A program made the translations under genes and the position numbers. The notes beneath the pieces are model-generated. The model was given only the letters and a program-made list of their open reading frames with translations, searched no databases and was not told the DNA's origin. This document shows, one piece after another, positions 61,576 through 64,000 of a DNA stretch of 64,000 bases (positions within the stretch are counted from its first letter, which is position 1; every line of letters begins with the position of its first letter). The DNA is from Marsupella aquatica (lineage: Eukaryota > Plantae > Marchantiophyta), in contig OZ316898.1 in NCBI GenBank assembly GCA_973895155.1, positions 7,551,079-7,615,078 on the forward strand, in the 5' to 3' direction.

Positions 61576-64000
61576 TTAGTCAAAGTGAACTTGACATATT
61601 ATAGAGTTAATAGAAGCGGACTGTTTACAAATGAAGTCATTAAAGAACTCGTAATGACTACTCGCATTTATCCGTACAGTAGTACAGTGTTCAGGGTACT
61701 GCAAGGTATTAGTACAATTAAGATAAACAATGTGAAGCTTAATAGAAGCATCGACAATCATGCTCCTCAGCCCTCCAGTAATAGCAATCAATGTAAGAAG
61801 CACCCCAATAACAATCAAAACCTGCATAACAAAAATTGTAAATAATTAGCTGCATCCATTTTCATGAGAGAGGAATAGTAGTGATGTCAAATTAATATTG
61901 ATCCGATTCATAGATAGCTAGGTAGATATGTGAACCTACTTAGTGCAACCTCATTTTTCTTATAAAGGAAAAACTGTGGGATGAACAAAACATAGTTAAG
62001 ACAAAAATTAAGGAACACTACCTACCACGTTGATCAGCCATGAAGGACTGAAAACCTTGGGCTTTTTCAATTTCAACCATATGATGCAAGGTAACTGCAC
62101 AGAGAAATTCAGGCCAAGTCAAGACTATTTCAATCTATGTTTCTCCTTAACATATGCTTTATCCAACACGCTCAAGACAGCAAATGTGCATGCCCAACAT
62201 CTATATAGGACTAACTTGAAGAGAAATTCAGGGTACATACAAAATATGTTGTTGGCGTTAGTGCAAATCCTCCCACAAATGCGAGCAGGTCGTCAAAGAA
62301 TGGCAAAGCCATAGCTATAAATGCTGTGAAAACTGAAACAACAAACAACAAGGCCCAAGCAGCCAAAAGAGAGTTAGATTACTTGCCACTAAATTTATTG
62401 GATGTTTGCATTCTGAAAATTGCACAAGCAAGAAAGGAATTAGGGTTTAGGGTTTAATTAGGGAAATTGCACAAGCAAGAAAGGAATTAGGGTTTAGGGT
62501 TTAATTAGGGACATTAGAGAAAGGAAACTTCATGTCAACAAAAAACTTACGAACATAAGTGCTTCTAGTGACAATTCGTGTCATTGAAGTGTGTCCATGT
62601 GGGTTATACACTACGCCAAATGACCGTTTCAAAACCTTCTCGATCAAATCAAACATTGGCATGGCATACACCTGCAAGGAAGCAATCCACACATTGCCTC
62701 AATCTGTTATGCAGGTCCATTTGTTCAAGTTGGATCCGATAGTACTCCCAAAAATGCAAGGTGAAGAGGGGAACCCTAACATGTTTCCCTGATGTCCAGT
62801 GTCACTTCACTTGCCCAGAGCTTTTGTCAGCCCAATAAACAATCTGGCTGTCCAGCCATGTGAGCAGGACCCACCGGGCACTAACCATGGGGGGTTTAAC
62901 AAGAACGAACGGATGGACAATTTTCCCAGACCAAGTGAGTGGACCATTTGCAACCTAAAATATAGGGCCCCATGACAAATGGAGGGGCCTGCTTGGGGAA
63001 TGCATGGACATGAGACCGAGCATGCAAGATTTTGGCCACAAAAAAGTGTCCAGGTCACCATTCCTCTACTAGAAAAGCGCTGCATGGTGATTCTGTGCGA
63101 ACCTGGACTTTCTCCCTGGCACCCCTTGTTTTCTCCCTGTGACATTCAGATGGACTGAGACTCAAATAAATTGTGGCTAGAACCCTCAATGGATGAACTG
63201 TTAGGTGGAAATAACTGTGGCTAGAACCCTCACAAGATGAACTGTTAGGTGGAAATAACTGTGCCTAGAGCCCTCACAAGCTTGGGAATACTGATATCCA
63301 CTTCAGTTGTTGTCCTGTACTGTAAAATGATAATTGTGAGGACAAGATATCTTCTGACGTGTGAAAGTGCCTTCAATGTGAAACTATTCTTACAGGCATT
63401 GTTGGCTACCCCTTCTTACCTGCTGAGTTTTTAATTGTTTAGTATAGATACCCTTAAGGCCAAAAAAAACACAATTTTCATAAGCACAGGTCCCCTGTGC
63501 AGCTACTGTACTTTTCTGGGGCTCAGAAAGTTTCACAGAATGCTGGAAACCATGGCAAGGTGATAGTGGGCGTACCAGGTAACTTCCACTGACATGTATT
63601 GCAACAAAAAAACAGGCTATTGCAATGAGCCATGATGGTTCACCCAATTGAAGCAAAATATTTCCGCTCCTTGGATTTCCAGGTGAAATGCCACGGACAG
63701 TGAGGGCAGTTCCAAATGCCCAATACCCAGCAAATGCCACGGGAAAGTAGCAAATTGCAACAATGATGTATGCCACCATCACACCGCGCCACATTCGTTC
63801 CTTGGCCGGATGCTGTGGGGTAGATGGCAGAGTCGCTTGAATCTCGAGGACCACATTGTGACCGGCATAAGAAAAGGCTATAACTCCAAGGGCAGAGAAC
63901 ACTCCGAAAACTTGGTCTGCCTTTGACATGTGAGGATAAGAATCGTACTTGTCATGAGAAATTTTGTAGGAAGTTGGGCAAACTGCTGCCAGAGCTTGCG
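61576..64000 (-). CDS. LHT: Lysine/histidine transporter-type amino-acid permease, 3' part; exons >=63929-63576, 62671-62551, 62332-62241, 62094-62026, 61821-61576
   Basis: IAFSYAGHNVVLEIQATLPSTP, MWRGVMVAYIIVAICYFPVA..GYWAFG, VYAMPMFD, PFFDDLL.FVGGFA.TPTTYF-LPCIIWL; GT-AG junctions in phase; the 5' part lies beyond the window. Confidence 0.93.
62417..62510. repeat. 47-bp tandem duplication containing telomere-type TTTAGGG/TTAGGG motifs in an LHT intron
   Basis: aaattgcacaagcaagaaaggaattagggtttagggtttaattaggg occurs twice. Confidence 0.85.

Overview
Eukaryotic land-plant nuclear DNA, probably from a bryophyte such as a liverwort. This placement is inferred from GT-AG introns, TTTAGGG telo-boxes and protein character, and is not proven. 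Host genes: a partial dihydroorotase (runs off the left edge), a 3-exon TIP aquaporin, an intronless LRRC40/PIRL-like LRR gene, a small plastid-targeted membrane protein, a 2-exon F-box gene, tRNA-Ile(AAT), a 7-exon mitochondrial ribosomal DAP3/mS29 gene, an intronless fungal-type EI24/Rrt8-Lds-like membrane protein, and the 3' part of an LHT amino-acid transporter (runs off the right edge) with an inverted pseudogene copy. Mobile DNA: a full-length but disabled Ty1/copia element (27107-34061) nested head-to-head in a rearranged sister element and carrying a MITE in its RT; a solo LTR of the same family; an apparently intact PIF/Harbinger-superfamily transposon with an ATT target duplication; Helitron-like, SINE-like and foldback elements; and many tandem repeats. 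Best candidates for novelty: the fungal-like spore-wall gene, a 407-codon antisense ORF inside a DAP3 intron, the inverted single-LTR copia host, the gag/pol stop, and an in-frame 84-bp insertion in the last LHT exon. All exon boundaries and homology calls were made by eye, without database searches.
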